A stretch of DNA of 64,000 bases from Gammaproteobacteria bacterium (lineage in GTDB: Bacteria; Pseudomonadota; Gammaproteobacteria; JBCCGL01): positions 4,160,001 to 4,224,000 of the forward strand of contig OZ255836.1 in the NCBI GenBank assembly GCA_965277715.1, written 5' to 3'. The first letter of the stretch is position 1, and every line of letters starts with the position of its first letter. Made by a program: the position numbers and the translations under genes. Under the pieces are notes generated by a model. The model was not told where the DNA came from and searched no databases. It was given only the letters and a program-made list of their open reading frames with translations. Positions 19,472 to 28,773 of this stretch are shown piece after piece.

Positions 19472-20534
19472 AAAAATAATCGACTTGCGCAGTGATACCG
19501 TTACCCGGCCCTGTGCCGAGATGCGTAAACTGATGGCCAGCGCAGCGGTGGGTGATGATGTATACGGTGATGATCCCACAGTAAACCGGCTCGAAGCCGT
19601 GGCGGCGGAAAGGACAGCGCACGAGGCGGCATTGTTCTGTTCCTCGGGAACACAAACCAATTTACTGGCGCTGATGACGCATTGCCAGCGCGGTGATGAG
19701 TATATTGTCGGTGGCAACGCCCACACCTATAAATACGAAGGCGGTGGTGCCGCTGTGCTGGGCAGTATCCAGCCACAACCTATCGAGTTTGAGGCAGACG
19801 GCACGCTTGATCTCAACAAGGTGGCGTCGGTCATCAAGGAAGACGATTTTCACTTTGCCCGCACCAAACTACTGGCGCTGGAAAACACAACAGGCGGCAA
19901 GGTGATTCCGCAATCGTATATTGCCGAGGCAAAACAACTGGCTACGCAGCACAATCTGTCGTTGCATCTCGATGGTGCGCGGGTTGCCAATGCCGCTGTT
20001 GCCCAGAACCTCTCCCTGGGCGATATCACCCGACAATTCGACTCGGTATCGGTGTGCCTGTCCAAAGGACTGGGCGCGCCCATCGGCTCGGTATTATGCG
20101 GTTCAAAAGCGTTTATCGACGCCGCCAGAAGAACGCGAAAAATGTTGGGAGGTGGCATGCGCCAGGCGGGTGTTATAGCCGCTGCGGCGCTCTATGCGCT
20201 GGAAAACAATGTTGATCGCCTGCGTGAAGATCACGAAAATGCCGCGTATTTTGCCGATTGTTTAGCGCAACTTGGCAGTGACGAAATACAGGTGTTTGAT
20301 GTGCAAACCAATATGGTTTTTATCCGGCTCGATGAACGGTTGCTGTATTCGTTGAATAAATACCTGTTTGACCGCCAGGTGATTTTTATTAACAACCCTG
20401 ACAATGGGGGCATTCCACAGCGCAGAAAACAAATTACCCGGTTGGTTATGCACAAGGATATTGCACGCAGTGATATTGATGTGATACTTGGTTTGATTGC
20501 GCAGTTTTTGCGGCAATTTGTGCCTGGCACCTGA
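19464..20534 (+). CDS. ltaE: Low-specificity L-threonine aldolase
   Basis: IDLRSDTVT, VGDDVYGDDPTV, HLDGAR, CLSKGLGAP; start at GTG 19464. Confidence 0.95.
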   Translation: MNEKIIDLRSDTVTRPCAEMRKLMASAAVGDDVYGDDPTVNRLEAVAAERTAHEAALFCSSGTQTNLLALMTHCQRGDEYIVGGNAHTYKYEGGGAAVLGSIQPQPIEFEADGTLDLNKVASVIKEDDFHFARTKLLALENTTGGKVIPQSYIAEAKQLATQHNLSLHLDGARVANAAVAQNLSLGDITRQFDSVSVCLSKGLGAPIGSVLCGSKAFIDAARRTRKMLGGGMRQAGVIAAAALYALENNVDRLREDHENAAYFADCLAQLGSDEIQVFDVQTNMVFIRLDERLLYSLNKYLFDRQVIFINNPDNGGIPQRRKQITRLVMHKDIARSDIDVILGLIAQFLRQFVPGT

Positions 20535-20738
20535 ATGTGACTTTTTGATAAAGCTGAGAGGCGGGTGCTTTGATCAGGCCAATTGATTCTTGGGTTAAAA
20601 CGACAAATGGCTATTACAGGGTTTGGTTGTAGCGGGCTGGAGGACGCTCTGAGGGCGTTGGTGTTTTTTTAAAAGGTTGCTGGGGTGTGTGGCAGTGAAT
20701 AGTAGGAATAACCGTTAATTGTACCTATCAATGGAAAA

Positions 20739-22787
20739 CTAGAGCACATCCAACCCTCCCGAAAAAAACCGCGTGGAATCATAAATAGCCGCATGAATAT
20801 TGCGTGAAGCAACGGCATCACCAACACGCAATAAACTGAATAAACCATCAGGATTTATTTTGGGTAGCACAATGCTTCCCTCAGCCAACGCTGGAATATC
20901 CACTGCACCACCGTTGCGGGAATCCGGCACCAGTTCTTCGAACACATCGGTCATTGATAACAATGCGCCTTCGGTAACAACATGATCCACTGTTTGTTCA
21001 CGCACTTCCTGTGTCAATACATTGCGCATTGTCACTAAATACTTGCTGGGGGTTTTTTGGATGGAGAGAAGCTCGGTGTGTGTTTCAAATTTGACACGCC
21101 GTTTATACAGCTCGCGCATGACCACCGATGAATTAGTCGGCCCTAACTCGATCAACGGCGTTCGATCCGGCGTTTTCCAAAAAACGGTGGCCCCTTTATC
21201 TGCCATGACTTCTGCAGCGACAGCGGCCTGATGATCCCCCCGATCATCAAACAACAAAATATCCCCTGCGACGCTTTCGCCCAAAAGTATGTCCCACGTT
21301 GAGTGGGCAAAATGACCGCCTTCAATCGTCAGTGACGCAGGCACGCCGCCGGTGGCAATCACAACGAGATCGGGATTTTCTGCCAGTACTTCTTCTTTTT
21401 CGGCATAGCAGTTGTAGCGAATATCCACGCCACTTTGTTTTATCTGTGAGGCGAGCCAGTCGCCAACGCCAAGGATCTGTTTGCGCGTTTTGCCCTGTCC
21501 CGCCAATACAATCTGGCCACCCAACCGCTCCGATGCCTCAAACAGTACAACCTCAAAACCGCGCAATTGCAGTATTCGCGCAGCCTCCATACCCGCAGGG
21601 CCACCACCGACAACGACCGCTTTCTTTTTGCTGTCGAGGTCACGCACAATAATGTGTTGCAGGTGTGCTTCTCGCCCCGCCACCGAATTATGCCCACACA
21701 GGGCATCTTTGCCTTGGTTGACCCGGTCAACGCAATAACCCAGGCCAACACAGGGGCGAATATCGCCCTCGCGCTGTGCGGAGAGTTTTTGCACCAGATA
21801 GGGGTCAGCGATGTGCGCACGCGTCATGCCGATCATATCCACTTTGTTTTCCGCGACCGCCCAGCGTGCTGTGGCAATATCAGCGACACCGCCAGCGTGA
21901 AAAACGGGCAGCGACACTGCCGCCCGCAGGTGCCCGGCAATGTTGACGTGTGGCGCAGAGGGATTGCCCATTGGTGGCACCCAATCAGCCAGCCCTAAAT
22001 CATCGTAGGGCGCACCGGCGAACACATTGAGAAAATCAACCATGCCGCTCGCTTCCAATAAGCGTGCAATTTCAATGCATTCCCCGGCATCGAGCCCACC
22101 CTCGATCAGCTCATCTCCCGCTATGCGCAAACCAATGATAAATTCATCACCGACGCGATCACGCACCGCCTCGACGACCTCCCGCATCAGGCGCAACCGA
22201 TTGTCCAAATCGCCGCCGTAATTATCACTGCGCCTATTAATGAGTGGCGATAAAAACTGCCCCAGTAAATGCGAATGTGACAATAACTCGATACCATCAA
22301 AACCGCCTTTCTGGCAGCGTGCGGCGGCATCGGCAAAGTCATTGGTCACGCGCTTTATATCGTGTACATCCATGGGTTTTGGGTAACTGCGGTGTGCGCG
22401 TTCGCGGGTAGCGGATGGTCCAATAACTGGCAGCCAGCTCCCGTAGTCACCAACCGTTCGACGCCCCATATGCGTGATTTGGCACATGATCGCCGCCCCG
22501 TGTGATTTAACCCCCTCGGTGAGTTTTTGAAACCAGGGAATAATGCTGTCATCGCCCGCGTAGAGCTGGCCAAATACGGATGGGCTGTCGGGCGAGATAT
22601 TTGTCGAACCACCAATCATGGTGAGTGCCACACCGCCTTTTGCTTTTTCTTCGTGGTAGAGCCGATAGCGATCACGCGGGTGCCCGCCTTCGGCATAGGC
22701 GGGCGCGTGTGATGTGCTCAAAATACGGTTGCGCAGTTGTAGGTGGCGCAATTGAAACGGTTGCAATAATGGGTCTTTGGGTGTCAT
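20739..22787 (-). CDS. NADH:flavin oxidoreductase, N-methylproline / dimethylglycine demethylase-like (HpbA/StcD/DgcA type)
   Basis: DPLLQPF, STSHAPAY, RYRLYH.EKAKGG, OYE barrel, C-x4-C-x11-C cluster motif (RPCVGLGYC...ALC), GGGPAG, GDAVASRNIHAAIYD. Confidence 0.85.
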   Translation of the reverse strand: MTPKDPLLQPFQLRHLQLRNRILSTSHAPAYAEGGHPRDRYRLYHEEKAKGGVALTMIGGSTNISPDSPSVFGQLYAGDDSIIPWFQKLTEGVKSHGAAIMCQITHMGRRTVGDYGSWLPVIGPSATRERAHRSYPKPMDVHDIKRVTNDFADAAARCQKGGFDGIELLSHSHLLGQFLSPLINRRSDNYGGDLDNRLRLMREVVEAVRDRVGDEFIIGLRIAGDELIEGGLDAGECIEIARLLEASGMVDFLNVFAGAPYDDLGLADWVPPMGNPSAPHVNIAGHLRAAVSLPVFHAGGVADIATARWAVAENKVDMIGMTRAHIADPYLVQKLSAQREGDIRPCVGLGYCVDRVNQGKDALCGHNSVAGREAHLQHIIVRDLDSKKKAVVVGGGPAGMEAARILQLRGFEVVLFEASERLGGQIVLAGQGKTRKQILGVGDWLASQIKQSGVDIRYNCYAEKEEVLAENPDLVVIATGGVPASLTIEGGHFAHSTWDILLGESVAGDILLFDDRGDHQAAVAAEVMADKGATVFWKTPDRTPLIELGPTNSSVVMRELYKRRVKFETHTELLSIQKTPSKYLVTMRNVLTQEVREQTVDHVVTEGALLSMTDVFEELVPDSRNGGAVDIPALAEGSIVLPKINPDGLFSLLRVGDAVASRNIHAAIYDSTRFFSGGLDVL

Positions 22788-22790
22788 GGA

Positions 22791-22880
22791 TTACTCGTTA
22801 TTCAGTGCATCAACGGCGGGAATTTCCTGTTCCCGCCGTGCAATATAGTCCAGCAGCGCCTCGCTAACTGCTTTAGGCAT
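22791..22880 (-). pseudogene. C-terminal remnant of a trimethylamine/betaine methyltransferase (MttB family)
   Basis: MPKAVSEALLDYIARREQEIPAVDALNNE* resembles MttB-family C-termini; its stop lies 3 nt before the demethylase ATG. Confidence 0.55.
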
Positions 22881-23238
22881 TGCACTCAAAGGCATTTTTA
22901 ATCCACTCGATTTCAGGCGGTTGATCGCTGTTTTGTGAAATAGCGATAACATCAAAGCGTGCCGGGATGTTGGCAGGGGCTTTTGTCGCAAGGTAGTGCT
23001 GGGCTGTTTTACAGAGTTTCTTTTGTTTCTTTGTGTCGATGCTGACAACACTACTGAGGTAACTCCCCGCCCCGCGAAAACGCACTTCGATGAATACCAG
23101 TGATGCCCGGTCGCGCATTACCAGATCGATCTCTCCCCAGCGACAGTGGAAGTTTTCCGCAATAAATACCAGTGAATGCGCTTCCAGGTGGTGGCGGGCT
23201 ATACGCTCAAAATATTTTCCACGCTCACGTTTGTCCAT
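22873..23238 (-). CDS. yraN: YraN family protein (UPF0102)
   Basis: NFHCRWGEIDLVM, VFIEVRFR, RFDVIAI, WIKNAF. Confidence 0.93.
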   Translation of the reverse strand: MDKRERGKYFERIARHHLEAHSLVFIAENFHCRWGEIDLVMRDRASLVFIEVRFRGAGSYLSSVVSIDTKKQKKLCKTAQHYLATKAPANIPARFDVIAISQNSDQPPEIEWIKNAFECNA

Positions 23239-25192
23239 CGGCTTTATTGGGGTTGATTTCACTGTCGGGGAGCAGAGGGGCAGGGGTGGGTACTGTCGGC
23301 AATTTTACTGGCACACCTTCGATAAAACGCGCCCACTGTAAATGCCGTTGGATCCGCTGATTGACCCCGAGTGTCAGGTTGCCGGTGCGGCCTGGGTGGG
23401 CGAATGTGGGGTCGCTACGCAGAGTGTTTAGGTGCGGGAGTAGCTGATAGGCGTCGATTCCCAGTGCATACAGCCGCGCTAAACTGTTTTTCTGTGACCA
23501 GTGCGCATTGACCTGTTGGTACAGCGGTGAGTTATCAGCCGCATCGCTCAATAACCAGGGGATGTCGCATACTAATAAGCCGTTCATGTCGCTGTCTTTA
23601 AGCGCATCGTGGGTGCCACTGAATACTTTTGAGGTGGCGTAGATGGGTATATCGCCACCGCGATGGAATTTGAACTGCGGGGTGATTTCCCGGGCGGGTT
23701 GGGCGGCGGCGGCGAGAAAAATAAAATCGACATCCTGACGCCGCTGCGGCTCGAACTCCAGTTTGCGACCGAGGATATTTTGCAGCGTATTCTTTCTCGA
23801 TTGGCTGCGATCCAGGTTTAACAGCCGCTGGATCTGTTGTGAAAAATCGTGGGTGTCCGCTGCGAATGTTTGTGCATCGAGCAGGGTGCCTCCCAACTCG
23901 TGCAGGCGCTGTTTGAGTGCACCCGCCAGGCGGTTGCCCCAGGCGCTGTCAGGGGTGAGTACTACGGCTCGCATATGACCCTGGTTAACGGCAAACTCAG
24001 CGGCGGTACGCGCTTCATCTTCCGGCAGTAGCCCAAACTGAAACAGATTGTCTGGCACCGATGTGTCACTGTTTTGCCGGTAATTTAATCCCAGCGTGGG
24101 AACCTCAAGCGTTTGCTGTGCTGCCAGTAGGCCGATACTGGCTTTATCGAGTGGGCCGATGATGACCTGTGCACCTTCACTGACCGCCAGTGCGTGGTGT
24201 TGCAAAATATCGAGACGGGTATCACTCACATCATAGAGGCGAATGCCTGGCCGGGTCGCTGAATTATCGGCATAGTAGGCGGCAAAAAAACCATCGCGAA
24301 CGGCGGTCGCAATAGTGCCCAGCTTGCCGCTGAATGGCAACAGCAGGGCGATCTGTCCGGTGGTGTCGATGGCTTCGTTGGTCTGCTCAACTAACCATAA
24401 GGCGAATTGTTCTGTGGCCGGGTGCAGTGGAAACTGCCGCGCCCAGGCAGGCACTGTATTTTTAAGTTGGCCGCGTTGCCGACGGGTGTTGCGTACGGTT
24501 TGTGTAAGTGCCAGCCACCCCTGGTAGGTACTGCCATTGCCTGTGTTAATCAGGCTCGCCAGTTGAATATCGGTCTGTTTATCGAGGATATGCCAGATCT
24601 GCTGATGGTTTTGCGCCACCTCTTCATCGTCGCTTAATACCTGTGTGAGTTGCATCCGCGCCAGCAGGGCGTTTTCGATGTCGCCCAGTGTCTGGTGGGC
24701 TTGTGCCGCCACTCGCTGTGCGTGAACCTGCAAATGCTCGGGAACCCCCGCCAGGTCGGCAGGCAGTAATGCCAGGGCTTTTTCTGCTTCACCGAGTGCG
24801 ATTGCAATACGTGCGGCGTCGATCTGGTGGCGTTTTGCCAGGCCAGGTGTCGCGTCGGGTTGGGTGATGGTGCGCAGCTTCTCGCTGGCCATGTCTATAT
24901 GCCCGGCATCGAGCAATGCCTCGATGGCTTTTAACTCGAAATCCTGTCGCTGTGCGGGGTCGGTACTGTCTGCCGCCAGTACGGTATACACCTGTACAGC
25001 ATCGAAAACCTGCCCCTGGCTGAGCAGTTGCAACGCTTCGGTTTCGCGTGTGGCAGGCTCGGGGGTACTTTCGGTTGATTGCTGCGTCTCAGGTGAGAGG
25101 CAGGCCGTCAGAGAAACAGCCAATAAACAATAGGTGGCGAGTGCGCGGAGGGTTTTGCCAATGTGTGTTGCAGGAGTATATACAGTGGTCAT
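23225..25192 (-). CDS. lpoA: Penicillin-binding protein activator LpoA (LppC family lipoprotein)
   Basis: Lipobox LTAC, IALLLP.SG, IIGPLDK, FGLLPEDEA, RLYALGIDAY; divergent from rsmI. Confidence 0.93.
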   Translation of the reverse strand: MTTVYTPATHIGKTLRALATYCLLAVSLTACLSPETQQSTESTPEPATRETEALQLLSQGQVFDAVQVYTVLAADSTDPAQRQDFELKAIEALLDAGHIDMASEKLRTITQPDATPGLAKRHQIDAARIAIALGEAEKALALLPADLAGVPEHLQVHAQRVAAQAHQTLGDIENALLARMQLTQVLSDDEEVAQNHQQIWHILDKQTDIQLASLINTGNGSTYQGWLALTQTVRNTRRQRGQLKNTVPAWARQFPLHPATEQFALWLVEQTNEAIDTTGQIALLLPFSGKLGTIATAVRDGFFAAYYADNSATRPGIRLYDVSDTRLDILQHHALAVSEGAQVIIGPLDKASIGLLAAQQTLEVPTLGLNYRQNSDTSVPDNLFQFGLLPEDEARTAAEFAVNQGHMRAVVLTPDSAWGNRLAGALKQRLHELGGTLLDAQTFAADTHDFSQQIQRLLNLDRSQSRKNTLQNILGRKLEFEPQRRQDVDFIFLAAAAQPAREITPQFKFHRGGDIPIYATSKVFSGTHDALKDSDMNGLLVCDIPWLLSDAADNSPLYQQVNAHWSQKNSLARLYALGIDAYQLLPHLNTLRSDPTFAHPGRTGNLTLGVNQRIQRHLQWARFIEGVPVKLPTVPTPAPLLPDSEINPNKADGQT

Positions 25193-25313
25193 TACAGGGG
25201 TTGTGTGTGCGGGGCGATAGCGGCATTCTAGCAGCGTTGTACAATCGCTAATAGAGGGTTTCGGAAAACGTTGTGAGCGCAGTGGTTTTCCGGTATCTCA
25301 ATAGGAAAAATAC

Positions 25314-26150
25314 GTGCTTGAAAATGGGGTCCTTTATATTGTCGCCACACCTATCGGTAATCTCGGTGATATCTCTGCGCGCGCGCGCGAGGTATTGGGG
25401 GCCGCTACTGAGGTGTGGGTGGAAGACACCCGGCACAGCAGGAAGCTGTTTCAACACCTGGCGATTTCGCCGCGTGTATTTGCCTGCCACGATCACAACG
25501 AATTCCGGCGTGTTGAGGTTTTGTTGGAAAAACTGCGAAACGGCGACAGTATTGCGTTGATCTCTGATGCGGGAACGCCATTGATCAGTGACCCCGGTTA
25601 TCGGTTGGTTTGCGCCTGCCGACAGCGGGGGTTTCCTGTGCGGCCGGTGCCAGGGGCATCGGCACTGGTTGCGGCTTTGTCGGTTAGCGGGCTGGCCACT
25701 GACCGCTTTGCATTTGAAGGGTTTTTGCCAAGTAAACCGGCAGCGCGGGATGCGCGCCTGCGAGCGCTTGCCGATGAAACGCGCACGTTGGTTTTCTATG
25801 AGTCGAGCCACCGTATAAAGGTGAGTGTGTCGGCGATGCGGGCGCACTTTGGGGCTGACAGGGCGGCGGTTATTGCACGTGAACTGACCAAGTTGCATGA
25901 GACGGTGTTGGCCGATACGCTGGGTCTGTTGAGTCAGCGCATCGCGGCGGACACCATGCAACAAAAAGGGGAGTTTGTGGTGATGGTGGCTGGGGCTGAA
26001 CCGTTGGCTGATGACGCGTCGGCTGAGTTGAAACGGGTTTTAGGGTTGCTGCTCCCGGAGATGTCAGCCAGGCGGGCGGCGGTGGTTGCCGCCGGGATTA
26101 CTGGGGTGGGGAAGAATCAGGCGTATCGGGTGGCGATTGATTTGGGGTGA
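25314..26150 (+). CDS. rsmI: 16S rRNA C1402 2'-O-methyltransferase
   Basis: LYIVATPIGNLGDIS, SDAGTPLISDPG, ARELTKLHE. Confidence 0.97.
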   Translation: MLENGVLYIVATPIGNLGDISARAREVLGAATEVWVEDTRHSRKLFQHLAISPRVFACHDHNEFRRVEVLLEKLRNGDSIALISDAGTPLISDPGYRLVCACRQRGFPVRPVPGASALVAALSVSGLATDRFAFEGFLPSKPAARDARLRALADETRTLVFYESSHRIKVSVSAMRAHFGADRAAVIARELTKLHETVLADTLGLLSQRIAADTMQQKGEFVVMVAGAEPLADDASAELKRVLGLLLPEMSARRAAVVAAGITGVGKNQAYRVAIDLG

Positions 26151-26462
26151 GGGAGAGGATGGGGATGCAATGGGCATCGTCGGCAGTCCAAGGCAAGTGG
26201 GGAAGCTGGCATTTGTTCCGGCATAAATTATTTAAAAATATCTATGAAGTGGTAGAAGATTGCCTGGGTATCGAGGTGTCACCGACGTTGTTGGAGGACG
26301 GTGCCGAAATATTGGAAATTGCCCTGTGAAAGCGGTATCGGGTAAGCGTTTTGTGCGTTTACTCGAATTCTGTGAAAGGTAGGCTGCTGATTTATTGGTA
26401 GTGTTAAGTTGTGCCTCTGTAGAGTGATGTATACGGCTTGCCAATATGTTAGAGTCGCTCCC

Positions 26463-26817
26463 GGAGTCGGCCAGGCAGTCGCTGCGTATGTGTCTTGATA
26501 TATACGGGGAGGAAAGTCCGGGCTCCATAGGGCAGGGTGCCAGGTAACACCTGGGGGGCGTGAGCCTACGGCCAGTGCAGCAGAGAGTAGACCGCCTAAG
26601 CAGATGTGAATCTGCCGGTAAGGGTGAAAGGGTGTGGTAAGAGCACACCGCGCCTGTGGTAACACAGAGTGGCATGGTAAACCCCACTCGGAGCAAGACC
26701 AAATAGGGGAACAATGCGTGGCCCACGCAGTTCCCGGGTAGGTCGCTTGAGGCTTGCGGTGACGCAAGTCCCAGATGAATGATTGCCCTCGACAGAACCC
26801 GGCTTATGGCCGACTCC
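26463..26817 (+). ncRNA. rnpB: RNase P RNA, class A
   Basis: Terminal helix GGAGTCGGCCA / TGGCCGACTCC, GAGGAAAGTCCGGGCTCCA, GGTAAACCCCAC, ACAGAACCCGGCTTA; usual rsmI-mraZ position. Confidence 0.98.
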
Positions 26818-27011
26818 ACTCCTAATATATCTTTTAATTATTTGATTTTATTGGTAATTTACTTGTTTTATTAAAGTGAATTATCAAGTAATTCCTGCAA
26901 CACAATGATTGTGTTTTAAATTCTCCTTCTCTCCTTTGTCAGCCATCCCATGATCATCGTAACGCATTGAATTTTAATGCTATTTGTTACCAACTTAGTT
27001 TGGAAATTGAC

Positions 27012-27040
27012 TTGACCCATGCTTTTTTCACTCCTATAGT
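27012..27040 (+). promoter_or_regulatory. sigma70 promoter of the dcw cluster (Pmra)
   Basis: TTGACC-17 nt-TATAGT. Confidence 0.75.
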
Positions 27041-27073
27041 GTGTAGAAGTGGGTGTTTGTGGGTAATAGTGGT
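27039..27073 (+). promoter_or_regulatory. MraZ operator repeats
   Basis: GTGTG, GTGGG, GTGGG, GTGGT at 27039/27049/27059/27069 (10-bp period). Confidence 0.85.
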
Positions 27074-27092
27074 TTATTTAACCTAAGTCAGT

Positions 27093-27554
27093 ATGTTTTT
27101 TCGCGGTGTGAAAACAATCAATCTCGATGCTAAAGGGCGCATGGCTATGCCCCCTAAGTATCGTGAGCACCTGTCTGCTAATTTTGCCGGTGAGTTGATT
27201 GTCACCATCGAAAAATCCAATTGTCTGTTGATTTTCCCCTTGCCCGAATGGGAAAAACGCGAACAACAATTGATGCAGGCGCCTTCTCTCGATCCACAAG
27301 TACAAAGTCTGCAACGTTTATATGTTGGGTATGCCAGTGAAGTCACGCTCGACAGTCAGGGCCGCATTCTGATCCCCCCCTCACTACGGCAGTTTGCCGG
27401 CCTTGAAAAACAGGTGGTGTTGGTGGGGCAGGGGCACAAGTTTGAGTTGTGGGATGAACAGCGCTGGACGGATAACCGCGCAGTCTGGTTAGAGACAGCC
27501 TCGGCTGTGAGTGATTCCAGCCTCCCCGAATCGTTGAAAGACTTCTCATTCTGA
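27093..27554 (+). CDS. mraZ: Division/cell wall cluster repressor MraZ
   Basis: MFFRG, LDAKGR, LDSQGRILIP, FELWD. Confidence 0.97.
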   Translation: MFFRGVKTINLDAKGRMAMPPKYREHLSANFAGELIVTIEKSNCLLIFPLPEWEKREQQLMQAPSLDPQVQSLQRLYVGYASEVTLDSQGRILIPPSLRQFAGLEKQVVLVGQGHKFELWDEQRWTDNRAVWLETASAVSDSSLPESLKDFSF

Positions 27555-27556
27555 AC

Positions 27557-28507
27557 ATGCCACCCGCCACCGTACATAAATCGGCGCTGCACAAACCGGT
27601 GTTGTTTCATGAAGCGCTGGTGTCGATGGCTATCCTGCCCGGTGGAACGTATATCGATGCCACCTTTGGTCGTGGCGGGCACAGCAGTGAAATAACCTCG
27701 CAGCTAGGCCCGGAGGGGCGGTTGATTGCCCTGGATGCCGACCCGGTGGCGGTGGATTATGCCCGCACCCATTTTGCCGCAGATACACGGTTTACCATTC
27801 ACCACAGCAATTTTGCACAGTTGGCCAGTGTCTGCGAACAGGAAGACATCAGTGGGCGGGTCAACGGTGCGTTGTTTGATCTCGGTGTCTCCTCCCCTCA
27901 GCTCGATGACCCGACACGCGGTTTCAGCTTTTCCAGTGATGGGCCGCTCGATATGCGCATGGATACCTGTAGCGGTGTTTCGGCTCGGGATTGGCTGGCC
28001 CACGCCAGCGAAACAGAGATGGCCGATGTGTTCTGGCAGTACGGTGAAGAGCGCTATAGCCGCCGCATTGCCAGGGCGCTGGCAGCACAGCGCAAGGTAC
28101 AGATTTTCGAAAATACACTGGCACTGGCTGAGGCTGTAAAGGTTGCACACCCGCGCTGGGAACCGGGCAAACACCCCGCGACGCGGGTGTTTCAGGCGAT
28201 TCGTATTTACATCAACCGTGAACTGGAGTCACTGCGTGATGCCCTTGCCAGTGTCGTGGATGTGCTCGCCGTTGGGGGGCGTTTGGTGGTGATCAGCTTT
28301 CACTCACTGGAAGACCGCATCGTCAAACGCTTTATGCGCGGCGACCATATGGCATCGCCGCAGTTGCGCGGCCTGCCAGTAGCGCTTGAGTCGCCCGTTT
28401 GGCCGCTGCGTGCAGTGGGCAGGAAAACCCGCCCTGGCCGGGCCGAGCTGGAGGATAACCCACGGGCGCGCAGCGCGATTATGCGCGTGGCGGAGAAGTG
28501 CGCATGA
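27557..28507 (+). CDS. rsmH: 16S rRNA C1402 N4-methyltransferase
   Basis: DATFGRGGHS, DLGVSSPQLD, ISFHSLEDRIVK, NPRARSA. Confidence 0.97.
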   Translation: MPPATVHKSALHKPVLFHEALVSMAILPGGTYIDATFGRGGHSSEITSQLGPEGRLIALDADPVAVDYARTHFAADTRFTIHHSNFAQLASVCEQEDISGRVNGALFDLGVSSPQLDDPTRGFSFSSDGPLDMRMDTCSGVSARDWLAHASETEMADVFWQYGEERYSRRIARALAAQRKVQIFENTLALAEAVKVAHPRWEPGKHPATRVFQAIRIYINRELESLRDALASVVDVLAVGGRLVVISFHSLEDRIVKRFMRGDHMASPQLRGLPVALESPVWPLRAVGRKTRPGRAELEDNPRARSAIMRVAEKCA

Positions 28508-28773
28508 CGGCGGGCAAAGCGTGGGTGCTGGTGTTGATCGCGCTGGTGTTTGGCAGTGCGATGGGGGTGGTCTACAGCAAACACCTGGCCCGTAGCCTGT
28601 TTGTTGAAGCGCGCAAGCTACAGCTTGTTATCGATACGCTCAACAGCGACTGGGGGCGTTTACAGCTTGAACAGAGCACCTGGGCAACCCACGGTCGGGT
28701 GGAGCAACTGGCCACCGAACAACTGGGTATGTACGTCCCCAATTTTAATCAGCGGGTGATGGTACCGAGATGA
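28504..28773 (+). CDS. ftsL: Cell division protein FtsL
   Basis: TM helix followed by WGRLQLEQSTWATHGRVE. Confidence 0.93.
   Translation: MTAGKAWVLVLIALVFGSAMGVVYSKHLARSLFVEARKLQLVIDTLNSDWGRLQLEQSTWATHGRVEQLATEQLGMYVPNFNQRVMVPR

Noticed and set aside
26232-26819. Long - strand ORFs (195 and 162 aa)
   Set aside because: Antisense shadows of the RNase P RNA
26821-27000. AT-rich spacer with IHF-like boxes as an integration site
   Set aside because: No integrase or direct repeat; ordinary upstream region of the mraZ promoter
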